Below, in pieces: positions 40,601 through 51,300 of a stretch of DNA of 64,000 nucleotides. The stretch is from Octopus sinensis (Eukaryota). Position numbers and translations under genes: made by a program. How positions within the stretch are numbered: position 1 is the stretch's first letter; each line of letters opens with the position of its first letter. The DNA lies in the NCBI RefSeq assembly GCF_006345805.1, contig NW_021833022.1:1-64000 (forward strand), given 5' to 3'. Below the pieces are notes generated by a model. The model was given only the letters and a program-made list of their open reading frames with translations. It was not told where the DNA came from and did no database searches.

Positions 40601-41681
40601 CACCAATCTTTGGTGAAACCCTACATGTATCCTGAATTTTTCGCTGTACTTGTTGCCCATCCTCACCTTACTGGTAGCGTCCCTGTACAAAGCTTGTACA
40701 GCTCTCACCAACCACTCATCTGTCCCTAGTTTCTGCATTGACCACAAGATAATGGATTGGAGGACTCTGTCAAAAGCTTTCTCCAAGTCAACAAAAGTCA
40801 AGTACAGAGGTTTAACTTTGGCTAGGTATTTCTCCTGCAGCTGTCTTACCAGAAATATAGCATCAGTGGTGCTTCTCCCTGGCACAAAACTAAACTGCAT
40901 CTCATCTAAATTAACTTTCTCCCTGATTAATTGGGCTATGACCTCTCTGCAACTTTCATTACCTGATCCAACAATTTGATACCTCTGTAATTATTTTTAT
41001 CTAAAATATCACCATTACCTTTCAAATAGTTGACTATGGTGCTGCTGCACCAGTGATTCTGTATGACTCCTTCATGAACCACCTGATTTACAATACGGGT
41101 GACTAGACCATATCCCATACTGCCAGATATTTTAAGCATCTCAGTGGTGATTCCTGATGGGCTGGGGGCTTTTCCTGTCTTCATATCCCTAATTGCTTTA
41201 TCTACAAGGTTACTGTCAATTCAGATAGCTGGTCCCTCAGTTGGGTCAACATTTGGCTGACCCTCCTCCTGCTATTCATTCTTCACATTCAGCAACCCTT
41301 CATAATGGCATTTCCAAGCCTCTTTCTTTGCATGTAAAGTTTTACATGTAATGGAAAATTATTGCAATGTTTAATAATTTTTTTTTTCCTTTTATTGGTC
41401 ACTTACTTGAAAACGTCAATCTTTGCAGGGTCCGGTTATTGGGAACACGCTTCAATCCAGAGACAATTTCGTTACATTCTCAACAGACAATGACTATCCT
41501 TACAGACCAGTATCATTCTAATTCAAGAACTATGAAAGAAAAACTATTATTTACTGCCGACCAACTCGAAGAAGACATTCTGGAAGCAACAGAAGGTGTT
41601 TCTAATGACCATATTGATTCTCCAACCCATCATTACATGAATACAGCTGCCGATACTATTGTCATCAGTGTTCCTCAGTAG
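10134..41681 (+). CDS. GDPD5: Six-TM-type glycerophosphodiester phosphodiesterase (GDPD5/GDE2-GDE3 family), 11 exons found, N-terminal exon(s) not located; join(10134-10230,14400-14559,16049-16142,19050-19195,25906-25988,28616-28766,31167-31388,32865-33013,34858-35005,37925-38007,41429-41681)
   Basis: Manual exon assembly. All introns are GT-AG and phases chain 2/0/0/1/0/2/0/0/2/0/2 if one base is removed from exon 14400-14559. Motifs SPC..KP.L.AHRGA, APENT, FESDV.IS.DG.PF.LHD..L.RTTN, LNAGSWF, WLFSL.WC.GV.SVTTD and C-terminal NPE..MKEKL match the GDE2/GDE3 family. About 527 codons covered. Confidence 0.92.
10596..10900. repeat. 151-bp direct tandem duplication (2 copies)
   Basis: AAACAGACAA.AGAGAAATCTTCT starts at 10605 and 10756; few substitutions. 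Confidence 0.9.
14400..14559 (+). CDS. GDPD5: GDPD exon with +1 frameshift: [53 protein letters not shown]
   Basis: cattaacag acceptor, gtaagt donor; 160 nt (3n+1). The 5' half matches LCHI.VG.Q..LH..H and the 3' half matches LW..EW..L..S.Q in a different frame; the switch falls at T5, 14479-14483. Confidence 0.88.
16049..16142 (+). CDS. GDPD5: GDPD exon: [31 protein letters not shown]
   Basis: ttttccag/gtaagt, 94 nt; PF.HVG motif. Confidence 0.9.
19050..19195 (+). CDS. GDPD5: GDPD exon: [49 protein letters not shown] (TM5 plus catalytic His)
   Basis: cccatatag/gtatgt, 146 nt; SPC and HRG motifs. Confidence 0.95.
19357..19562. mobile_element. piggyBac-type MITE (206 bp)
   Basis: TTAA TSDs at 19353 and 19563; ends CCCTTTCGTTAT / GTAACGAAAGAG. 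Confidence 0.88.
20954..21162. mobile_element. TTAA MITE family 2 copy
   Basis: CCTTTAGCATT ... AATGCTAAA ends; inverse similarity to 34056-34231. Confidence 0.65.
21422..21632. mobile_element. TTAA MITE family 2 copy
   Basis: TTAA 21418, TGCTAAAGGG right end; similar to 20954-21162. Confidence 0.65.
22900..23330 (+). mobile_element. Degenerate R4/Dong-like LINE fragment
   Basis: [10 protein letters not shown] motif at about 23250-23290 resembles KPLHGQF of this clade. Confidence 0.35.
24614..24805. mobile_element. pogo/Tc2-like MITE
   Basis: TA-CCATATTTGATGGAATATAAGATGCA ... TGCATCTTTTATTCTATCAAATAC inverted ends. Confidence 0.65.
25906..25988 (+). CDS. GDPD5: GDPD exon: [27 protein letters not shown](S)
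   Basis: ttgcaag/gtaaat, 83 nt; PENT and metal-binding E-x-D. Confidence 0.95.
28616..28766 (+). CDS. GDPD5: GDPD exon: [50 protein letters not shown]
   Basis: cttacag/gtaagt, 151 nt; DG.PF..HD..L.RTTN. Confidence 0.96.
30126..30554. mobile_element. TTAA MITE family 2 with a SINE inserted
   Basis: TTAA at 30122 and 30555; SINE 30282-30520 inside with a 17-bp TSD. Confidence 0.75.
30282..30520 (+). mobile_element. tRNA-head SINE, family B (GAGCTGGCAGAATCGTTAGC..GTTCAAATTCC..GCCTTTCATCC)
   Basis: TSD TATATTTGACAGA(A/G)TAA at 30265 and 30521. Other copies at about 499-617, 1217-1320, 24181-24399(-), 26183-26360, 32594-32810, 35220-35670(- x2), 37160-37865(- x3). Confidence 0.82.
31167..31388 (+). 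CDS. GDPD5: GDPD exon: [33 protein letters not shown]...TGIPLKQ
   Basis: catattag/gtaaat, 222 nt, overlaps ORF 31176-31433. Confidence 0.92.
32865..33013 (+). CDS. GDPD5: GDPD exon: [49 protein letters not shown](L)
   Basis: tttttatag/gtaagt, 149 nt open; aligns to the family W.P...F.QT.G...HI..LN.RY region. Confidence 0.88.
33375..33830 (-). mobile_element. RTE-tail SINE family (3' end CCCATGCCAGCATGGAAA..GTTAAAC(GAT)n)
   Basis: 3' end shared with the RTE at 1937-2000. Other copies at about 5662-5870, 6225-6400, 8505-8700, 12095-12352(+), 17898-18180, 18420-18850, 19566-19790, 21935-22080(+), 23340-23680(+), 28885-29005. Confidence 0.8.
33894..34282. mobile_element. Second copy of the same TTAA MITE, carrying a nested MITE
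   Basis: TTAA at 33890 and 34283; internal similarity to 19357-19562 (AAGAATTTAGTAAAATAA..GGAACATAAATT). Confidence 0.75.
34056..34231. mobile_element. TTAA MITE family 2 (CCCTTTAGCATT-type TIR), nested
   Basis: TTAA at 34052 and 34232; ends CTCTTTAACATT / AATGCTAATGAG. Confidence 0.75.
34858..35005 (+). CDS. GDPD5: GDPD exon: [49 protein letters not shown]
   Basis: ttttcag/gtaagt, 148 nt; WLFSL.WC.GV.SVT motif. Confidence 0.95.
36050..36757 (-). mobile_element. piggyBac transposon 5' fragment with TIR and transposase N-terminus
   Basis: TTAA 36758-36761 plus CCCTTTCGTTACC end; ATG 36502 [17 protein letters not shown], frameshift at an A11 run, then [22 protein letters not shown], and after a deletion [17 protein letters not shown]. 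Confidence 0.9.
37925..38007 (+). CDS. GDPD5: GDPD exon: [27 protein letters not shown](W) (last TM)
   Basis: cttccag/gtaagt, 83 nt. Confidence 0.92.
38891..39176. mobile_element. Young TA-flanked MITE (286 bp)
   Basis: Perfect 31-bp TIR CATGCACATATGGGCACAGGACACCATGGAA, imperfect to about 60 bp; TA on both sides. Confidence 0.88.
39185..40050 (-). mobile_element. RTE-clade LINE fragment (endonuclease end/linker, internally deleted)
   Basis: ORF 39513-39962 (TWWWN..V..AIK.KK.A) and part of 38831-39583 ([17 protein letters not shown]) fused to [15 protein letters not shown]. Confidence 0.9.
40050..41335 (-). mobile_element. RTE-clade LINE fragment (RT domain)
   Basis: ORFs 40936-41184 and 40295-40900: [32 protein letters not shown]; frameshifted. 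Confidence 0.93.
41429..41681 (+). CDS. GDPD5: GDPD terminal exon: [19 protein letters not shown]...[10 protein letters not shown]...VISVPQ*
   Basis: ctttgcag acceptor, TAG at 41679-41681; R..G.R..NPE and MKEKL.F resemble the GDE2 cytoplasmic tail. Confidence 0.9.
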
Positions 41682-42125
41682 ATACAAGTTTACTGAAAAC
41701 ATTGAGACAATTCAAAAGATTCATAGAATTCCAAACCAAATTCCATTTGTTATACTACTTTCCAGGAAAATATGGAATTTATAATTAAAAAAAAATATAT
41801 ATTTTATGAATGACTCTTTGTGATGGGATTTTGGCACATTTATTTTCCTTTTTTTTTTTATATACCAGAAAGCAATCTTTGGCTCTATGTTGATGTGTTT
41901 TATTCTGTGAATATTTAAGATTTTTTTTTTTAATGGCTTAGTCAAAAGACAAAGAGCAGCGCCCATGACCTTTTTCATGGCCTTTAAGATTGGTCAGAGG
42001 AAGTGAGGATTTTATCCTCAGATTAGAGATCTAGTTTCAAAGCTTGCAACAGAACTGATTCTGTTAAAGGCACCCAAGGACCAGGTGGGGGTGTTAAACC
42101 GGGTGATGGCATAAGTTCACCACCC

Positions 42126-42131
42126 AATAAA
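42126..42131 (+). terminator. Candidate polyadenylation signal of the GDPD gene
   Basis: AATAAA about 445 nt after the stop, followed by U-rich tracts; other AATAAA sites occur further on (e.g. 42956). Confidence 0.3.
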
Positions 42132-42536
42132 TGCCTTATGCATGTTTCATACTTTTTTCTTTCTTTCTTTCATTTTTTTTCTTCGCTTTTTTTTGCTGCC
42201 CTTGCAATGTGCTGAGATTTATCGAAAACTGTTTTCCAGTTTTAGCTTCCATTGTCATGCCAGATGAGAGATAAATGATCAGAAATTTTATTAATCTTCC
42301 TGATTCTGTCCTTTCAATGTTTGACTTATAGATGAGGACATCATTGACTGATGGGATGACGTCTTACCAATTAACAACTATGAAAGGCATACGACTTAGT
42401 AAAAAAATAGATCCTTTTTTGATTGTTTGAGAATACTGTGAATTTCTCAAGAATAATTCTTATACTTTTTTATTTTGAAAGAAACATTGTTGTTTGTGTG
42501 TGGATGTGTGTATTTAAGTATATATGTGGAAAAGAG

Positions 42537-42875
42537 GATGTGTGTGTGTGTGTGTGTGTGTCTATGTATGGTTGTGTGTATTTGTGTACATGTACATATA
42601 CCTGTATGTATATATAGATATATCTATGTGTGTGTGTATATATACATATATATGTATATATGTATGTATATATATGTATATATATATATGTATGTATTTA
42701 TATGTATGTATATATGTATGTATTTATATATATATATGTGTGTATGTATGAATATATATATGTGTATATATATATATATATACATACATACATATGTATA
42801 TATGTGTATGTATATATATATATGCTAAACGATGATGATGATGATGTATATACATACATATATGTATGTATGTAT
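42537..42875. repeat. Compound (GT)n/(AT)n/(ATGT)n microsatellite
   Basis: Low-complexity tract; similar tracts at 6400-6560, 13540-13670, 13855-13945, 27500-27575, 57095-57150. Confidence 0.95.
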
Positions 42876-43230
42876 TAATATTTGTTTTGTGTGTTTAGTT
42901 CTGTATAAAAACAGTCAAACATTAAATAGAAAGGTCAATCAATGGCTTTCAGTAGAATAAACACACTTCATTTTTGCAAGGGAAAGGTTAACACTCACTT
43001 TAATGTTTCAGCTATGTAACCATAATTGGACTGTAAATTGCTTCATTAACATATATATGAGTGCATGCATTTGCTTGTGTACATACATATGTTTGCATGC
43101 AGATAGGTATATGAATATATTCTAGTGCATGATGATGATGATGATATACATGAGTGGACAAATGAAAGGGGACTCAATGCATTTATTAAGAGTTGCATGT
43201 ATTATTCAAAACAGTTTGATTTATAATCCA

Positions 43231-43350
43231 TGCTACTTCAAGTTTCACAGGCCCCTAATGGAGCTTCTTTCCTCAGGCTCATGGAATATCCAAGTTCCAC
43301 AAGCCTGAAGAGCCAGATTCCATTAGGCGCCTGCAAAACCTGAACTAGCA
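43231..43350. repeat. 56-bp ungapped inverted repeat with an 8-nt loop
   Basis: Arms 43231-43286 and 43295-43350; 42/56 Watson-Crick pairs by hand alignment. Confidence 0.85.
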
Positions 43351-43383
43351 CAGAATGTGAGTTAAAGTGTTTTGAATAATGTT

Positions 43384-43428
<45 letters not shown>

Positions 43429-44382
43429 TATATATACACGCACACACACAAACATACGCATGCATGTATATACATGAACATGTAGATTTATCTGTATATG
43501 TAAAAATGTTTGTCTATTGAAACTCAAATGTATTGTGTATTTTTGTGTGTGTATGACTAGATGCATGTGTACTAACTCACCAAGATGTATAGATAGATCT
43601 GTGGCTATATAAATGCATGTATGGATCCATTGGCTATTGTTGAAAAATTTATGGCATCAAAATCTCTATTAGCATAAAATAATGAATGCTGATGTTTATC
43701 TACAAAGCCAGTACTTAAAAATCATATACCCTGTCTTTGACCTTCTCCTTCCATACAAACCCAACCTGTCTCACCTCTATCAACATACATGCTTGAATGA
43801 AGCACTCAATACTAAAAAAAAAACAGTCATTAACTTCCAATACTAAGCAATAACAAACTTAATGGAAGCCACCTCATGAAATTCAACAAATCTTCCAACA
43901 CAAACCACTCAATGTGACCTACCTGTGATTTGTTTCTCTCTAAAATATAACTTCCATCACCTGTATTTACATATATGCTCTAACAATAACGTAAATAATC
44001 AATAATTCCTTTAGGTACCCAATTAGTTTCTGCATAATTTTAATTTATCAAACCAGAGAAAATGTCTATACCACACCATCCTTTCTACTGTCACCCTATC
44101 AACAATTACTTTTTCCTCTCCTTTCTTTTCTATATATTCTATTTCTTCTTTCTCCCTACAAACACCTTTTTTTGCTTACCTAATAATATCATCCAATAAA
44201 GGTATATATTTATTTACCACAAAATTACACTATTACACCATGCATTACTTTGCACACACATTGCACAAGATAAACTTCAAATAATTATATTTACGATTTG
44301 GAAAACCAACTTATAGTTTGATAAGAGCAACACAGTTAACATTTTGCTTGAAAAAATTATATATATGTATATATATATATAT

Positions 44383-44739
44383 ATTCAATTGCCACTAATT
44401 ATGACTGAGGGTACTGGATAGCACTTATATTGCTAGAAATAAGAGTTAAAATAACCCTTAGTACTGCAAGAAAGCGCATTTTCATATGTTCACAGGGGAG
44501 ATAACTACCCCCACAGTGAAACTAAATCACCATACTAGGCTAGTTTCATTTGAAAATTGTAATTTTCAAACAATACAAGCTGAGTATAATGATCTAGCTT
44601 CGCTGTGGGTTGGTTGTTTCCCCTGACAGTATACAAAAATGCGTTTTTTTTTTTTGCAGTTCTAAGGATTTTTTTACTCCTATTTCTTGCAATAAAGGTA
44701 CCACCTGATACTCTCAGTCACAATTAGTGAGAATTGAAT
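44383..44739. repeat. About 357-bp foldback palindrome (MITE-like)
   Basis: Arms 44383-44558 and 44561-44739 are complementary throughout; centre TTTGAAAATT-gt-AATTTTCAAA. Confidence 0.85.
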
Positions 44740-47700
44740 TTTTCCCTTTTTGGTTTTATTTTGCAGATAGCTGCCTTCATTATTACATACACACACACAC
44801 ACACACCACACACACACACACACACACAGAAAGAGAGAAAGAGATTCAACATGACATTGAACGTTGGTGGTTTGTGATCAGATCCTACTTGAAGAATTTT
44901 ATATATGTAATTCATATTAAAGAAGGAATTGTCAATGTTAGAGCAAATTAATGTCCCTGTCTTCCTTACACAAACAGTTAATTAATTTAGATCATTATGT
45001 TTATTTGTTACAACTCAAATGTTTGCATTTGGTCTGCAAACTTTGCACTTTTTGCAGTCTTTGTACCATTCCTGTGCATACTTTGAATCCACTTTGTGAG
45101 GGAGTGGAATCAATAGAATTTATGTCTGTATTTCTGTATGTGTGTATGCCTGTCAAACAGTCTGTCTGTGTATGTATGTATGCATGTATTTAATGTGAGC
45201 AGGAGTCTATAAAAATAAGGATAAACTATAAAAATAAATACAATTTTGTTCTCTAGTTTCTCCTGCTTTGATTACAATCCATCATTTATAAGCAAATCTT
45301 TTTGGGGTTTTTTTTTTTTTTTAAGTTACCTTTACTCTGTCAACAAAATTTACTTTTAAGAATTACAATGAACCAAGGTTTATAGCTATTCTCATTCAAA
45401 TTGCAGTAATGATATTACAAATTCTTGGTTGTGTGACAGTAAATATCTTAATTTTTATTTTGAAGATAAGGCCTAATTAATTTAACATATAGTTAGTTAC
45501 TATGATGAAGACGTGTGTCTGTGTCTATGTCTGTGTGTGTGTCCAACCCATACTAGCATGGAAAATGGATGTTAAATGATGATAATAATGATATTTTTTT
45601 TATTAACTTCAAAGTATCAATTCTAAAGCGTACTTTGTTTAATGGTTGTAACACATTGATATGTGTAAGAGTCTTTCAATTTAATTTGATTATTGTCCTC
45701 TGACAAACTCTGCTAATACAAGGTCCAATATTACCTCTTTCACAGTTCTGCTGCAAAGTTGTAGATTGCCTTAATTCATCATGTGGTGTTAATCAGAGAT
45801 TATATGAAAATTCTCTTTTGAATTAGCTTTTAATTCAAAATGCCTATTGAAAACCTCAATGAGGTTTTTAAGCAAGTTATTTTCCTTTAGTGGATTTTTT
45901 TTTTAACATTTGAAAATGCATTTTATTTATTGTTTAGATCAAACTTCAATATATTTCTGGTGATATGATTATTTTGTGATACTGTACAATAGTGAGAAAT
46001 GGACATTGAAAGTAGATCTGTAAAGCCTGGTGAGAAATGTGGGTGGGCAGGATGTGTTGGGTGTGTGAAGCATGAAAGCCAGAATGCAAGAGGACATTAA
46101 AGGCATCAGCCAATGTATGAAGGAGAGAAGACTGGATTGGTATGGAGATTGAAGGCATAGGCATAGCTGTATGAATAAAAAGTTTGCTTCACACTCATGG
46201 TTTTGTGTATAACCACATTGCATAATGTCTTAGGCAAGGGTCTTCTATTGGCTCAGGTTGACATTTGAGTGAAATCCTGTAGATGGAAACTGTACTAAAG
46301 TTCATTATATACTTGTATGTATATATTTGTGTGAGTGCTTGTAAGTATATATATATGTCTATATATATATATGCATATATGTGTCAATATATGTATAAAT
46401 GTGTGTTTGTTTCTGTTTGCATTAACATTGCTTACATCAGTTTATCTACTGCATGAACAATGTTCCACAGTTTAGCAGTTCATTGTATGAGACCAATGGA
46501 ATGAAGTACCTTTTTATTTGCATCAGGAAGGGTGCCTGGCCTTAGAATACTGCCTCAAGGAGTCCAACTCATTCCTGCATAGAAAAAGCAATTGTAAAAA
46601 TGATGATGATGTGATAAGAATGGGCCTAATAAGTGCTGGGTATATCATCAATGAAGGGTCTTTGTAACAGGAGTCTAGGGAAGACATGAAGTAGTGAGGG
46701 TCAGATATCAGGATCCCGTCAACAGAAGATGTAATGTATTCATCTAACCCATGCCAGCATGGGACAATAGATATTAAAATGATGATGATTGTTAATTTTT
46801 TTACACGTTGAAAACTGCTGTTAGACATTTTCTAGAAGCAATCAAGATATTACGTCAAAGTTATTAAATTTGTAGTTATATGTTGTTATTTAAAAGATAT
46901 GTTATTTGCAGATATGATTAGAAATCCCAGCATTGCTATGGCCCATAGACTGGGACCAATAAGAGAGTATAAATAAAAGCTAAAACGTAAATACGCAAAG
47001 TTTATTATTTATTTATTTCCATATCTAGAAATCATGTTAAATTAAATAAATAAATTATAAATATTCTTTTAAAATATGTCAAAAACTTTCCGGTGTTTGA
47101 GATATACATACAGCATTTACTTCAGTATGTTGGGAGCAAAATGTTGCTCTAGTGTTGCTGTGATGAAAATAATAACTACCGTATGTATTTTTAAACATTG
47201 AGATTAAAAAAATAACGGTGCCTTTCTATTCTCGAATTTGCTGAGTTGTTTAGGTCTTTTGTTGTATATTATTGTAACTTTGCTATTTTATTCTACCTCC
47301 CTGAGTGATAGTTGCTAAATTGCCTTTGTTTCTTTTTAACATCCTTGAGTAAATGTTGAGACTTGTAACGCTGAATGATAAAAGTAATGATGAACTACAT
47401 ATTCTAGATAATAAGAAAATCTATTGTCTTTCCATATAAATATTCTGCCTAATTTTCTTTGTATTGTGTACGTTACAAATTATAAAAATAGTGAAGAAAA
47501 TAATAATGTGAATGTAAAATAACTTCCAGATTGCCAAAGAATATTAAAAACTACGTTATAGCAAATTTGAATTACTTAAACAATTCAAAAAGTGTATCAA
47601 AACATGTTGTCAGATGTGCCATATTTTTTAAATGTGATTTGAACTTATACATGAAAATTAATTTGATTTTCCTATATGTAGATTATTTTAAATTTTACTT

Positions 47701-48473
47701 TTCTTGCTTAAATTCCTTACCACAGATGACTTCGTGATATCTTTTTATTATCTCCCTTGAATTTTACGCCCCCCCCCTCCTTTTTTTAAATATATAAAAT
47801 AATTTTCAAATCTTATTAGCAGAATTGTTTTCTGTGTTTTAAAATTTTATCTTATGTATCTTTTCTACCTGTAATCTGTATGTGAAAAACTGGGGATTGT
47901 TTTTATCATGAAAAATTATTCAGTGAAGTTCATGTTGGCTGAAGAAGAGGAATCAAAAGGTTTTAGGTTCTTTCATTTGTGAAAGAGAAACATTTCTTCT
48001 GTTTAAATTTTTTTTTTTTGTTCTGAGTTGAAGGATGTTCAGGAGACCCCATAATCGCCTTCTTCCCACCAGATACAAACTTATTCAGATCACGCCCCCA
48101 CCAAATCAGACTCATTATCCCACAGCATTTTATTTTTAATTAATTTAAATTTTGATGTTGTCTTCCCTGCCTTTCTTGACCAGAGTTTATAATTATACTT
48201 GATTTTTTTTAAAATCCGTACAGGTATAATTGTAATCAAATTTAATTATAATGCATGTTAGTGAACAAAATTTGAGCACTTGAAACAAGGGAGCCAACTC
48301 TTCGTGACTTATTGGTACCTTCCTAAAGCAAGAATTTTATTCTGATAGATTTGCTGTATTATCGGTAAAAATCAGATAATATATATATATATATATATAT
48401 ACATACATACACACACACAGTCAATTCAAATAATATATATAACGTTGGTATAATTATACATATTCCTACCAAC

Positions 48474-48924
48474 TTTGTTTCTTCATAACTTTCTGAAAAA
48501 TTTATGTTTTAATAAAATTTTCACCTAATATGTTTCAGTAGGCGTGGATTATGATTATGTCAGAATTTGATGCGCAAAAACGTAGGTGGAGGAAGTAATG
48601 TGGAGGCGGATAATTCATACATTTTATCAAAACATGATGAGGAAACAAAGTTGAGATGTGGGAATTATTCATCCCTCACCCCAGTTTTTTTCTGTTTTCA
48701 TATCAAATTCTGAAATAATTGTAATCATCTGCATTTAATCAAAAGAATATCTATTTTTCAGAAAGTTATCAAGAAACAAATTGAGGTAGTGCAAATTATC
48801 TAGAACTTCTCTCTTCTACCCTGAAAAAATTTTACACGACAAATTCCAATATAACTTAATCTAAACCATCAAAATTTCATTTAAATAATATACCATTTTT
48901 TCTGAAAGTTAGACAGAAACAAAG
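48474..48924. repeat. 28-bp inverted repeat plus a third degenerate copy, probably internal to a DNA transposon
   Basis: 48474-48501 versus 48753-48780 (1 mismatch); related motif at about 48895-48924. Confidence 0.65.
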
Positions 48925-50629
48925 GGTTGTAGGGGTATATATCTGTAGTTATGTCATAACTTTAGCTTATTTCCTTATAATCATCAATCAGTGCCAATGA
49001 ACATCTCTGTCTTTTATGAGTCTTCTGGTGATTAATGCATTTAAATCTTTAACATGCAAATATCCTTAAAATATAATTTGGTGTTAAAAGCCTTTTGAAT
49101 AACTGAAGTTACTGTATTTGGGAATCTTATTTATATATGCATGTGTGCTAATGTGTATGCACGTGTGTATAAGCGCATGATTATCTGTAAGAATTTTGTT
49201 TGCATATATGTATGTGTCTGTGTTTGTGTGCATATATTTATATATATGTGTGTGTATATATATATATATAAAACTAAGTGTGTGCATATAATTATAAAAT
49301 TACATATCCCCAAAGCATACATACATACACAAACATACATATATGAAAATCTGTTTTGGAATTGGCTTTAATGAATAAATGAGGGAGAAGACTAAATGGA
49401 GATTGCTCCTTGTTTTACAAGGTGTCCAATATGACCTGGAGATGTCTTCTTGATGTGCTTTAGAAATGAAAATTATAGTTTGTAGTTCTATAACAATATG
49501 AGCAGCACTCTAACTTGGGCTGTACTTGAGTTTGTGAGTTAGCAACTGATACGGGCAAAAATTGCTATTATTCCCAGTCTCAGTTCTCATTAAGTAGACA
49601 TATAATTAATATTACAGCCTTTATCATCCCATCTTTTCAAGGGTACATTATTCAGTGTGTCTTTATTTAATTTTTTTATTTTTTGTAAGAGGTGATTTTG
49701 TGATGGTGTGTAACTTAGTGCTTGAGGCATTGCATTCAGAGTCACAAGACAGTGGTTTCAAGATAGTGATTTGTTGTGTTCTTGAGCAAAACACTTCATT
49801 TCATGTTGCTCCAGTCCACTCAGCTGTGAATGAGTAACCTGTGGCAGACTGGTGTTTCCCTGAATGGAACACCAGGGAAATATTGTGATCTCGATCACTT
49901 AAACACCATGGAAATCAGATATCAGACACCATGAATCTTAGGACTTGAGACAATAATGTCTATAGGCTGATGCTGACAACATTATTTGATGGAGATTTAG
50001 CTACTATATCTAGCAGGGTGATTGTAAAGGTTTCTTCTGCTTTGGCTCATATTTGCTGAAATATTTTTTGGAACTAACATTGTACTATTACAAGGAAGAG
50101 GAAACCAAGCATTTCGGATGCAGTTATGACAGTGATATAAATTTGTAGTTGCAGTAAGGGAACCTTAGCGTTTGTGTTAGAACTTTTAGCTTCTTTGTTA
50201 TGTATAATGATTGTGATGGAAGGGACTATAATGTCATGTCCCTTTTGGGAGGATCCTTTTGAAATCTCTATTGGTGGAAACACTGAAAATGTAGCATGGG
50301 GGCGTCTACTGGTACTACTGGCATTTTGTCAGTTACAGCAATGAGAGTTCCACTTGAACCAATCAACCTGCTCATGAAACTAATGTGCAAGTGACTGAGC
50401 ATTCCACAGACATGTATACCCTTAATGTAATTCTCAGGTAGATTCAGTGTGACACAGTAACAAAGCTGGCCCTTTGAAATACAGGTGCAATTCATTTTTG
50501 CCAGCTGAGTGGACTGGAGTAACATGAAATAAAGTGCCTTGCTTAGGACACAATGTGCTGCCGGGAGTCAAACTCATGACCTTATGATTGTGAGCCAAAT
50601 ACCCTTACCACTAAGGCGTGTGCCTTCAT

Positions 50630-51300
50630 GATGGGGTGTCCAGGTTACATATGGATAATCCCCCAAATGTTTGCTGTATGTGCTGAGAAGGGAAGAGTAA
50701 TATTAATTTGAATAGGAGTAGGTTAGGGTTAGAAGTAACAAGGAGAAAGTCGTTTATGTGTGGAAGGAAATGCATGAAGATATAATGTAACCCCAAGCTA
50801 CTCCAGAGTTGATAAAACACATGTTGGAGAGTTCTTCATAAACACAGTGATGGAGCAGACTGACAGCAAACTTGCAATCCAGGACATTAGAGGTGGACGA
50901 CTTAGCTAGGAAGTTTTCATGTCAAGAGCCATACCATTGATTATTTTATCTAAGTTTGCTGTTGTATGATATATAAGAAAGAATCTCTGATAGAGACTTG
51001 GGAACAACCATTAAATTCTCTGAATGAAAATGTAATGGTAGTTATCAAGAAGAGGAAGAGACCGGAAGAAATAAACAAGTTAGTAGTTGAAGACTGCTTC
51101 CATAACCTCTGAAACTTTGGGGTTAAGGAGTTGGTGATAGGACTGTGGTGTGCAGAATCAGAAATGTTTTTCGTAGAGGGGAAAGACTTAGGATTTTGGC
51201 AAAGACAGGAACAAGACATGGAATTGCCATGTGGAGAGACTGGAAGGATCACTGCCAAAAATGGTTGATTAAAGTTTGAATGACTGTAGAAGTTTGGCTT
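50630..51300 (-). mobile_element. Degenerate CR1/L2/Jockey-type RT fragment
   Basis: Frameshifted HSPI..SEVMEAVFN..LLDNYHY.F corresponds to YRPISL.SKVME..N..LLSD.QYGF. Confidence 0.55.

Noticed and set aside
46850-48300. Possible promoter or first exon of an unannotated gene (TTCCGG motif, donor-like gtatgt at 47181)
   Set aside because: CpG excess is marginal on hand count and no downstream coding exons could be assembled
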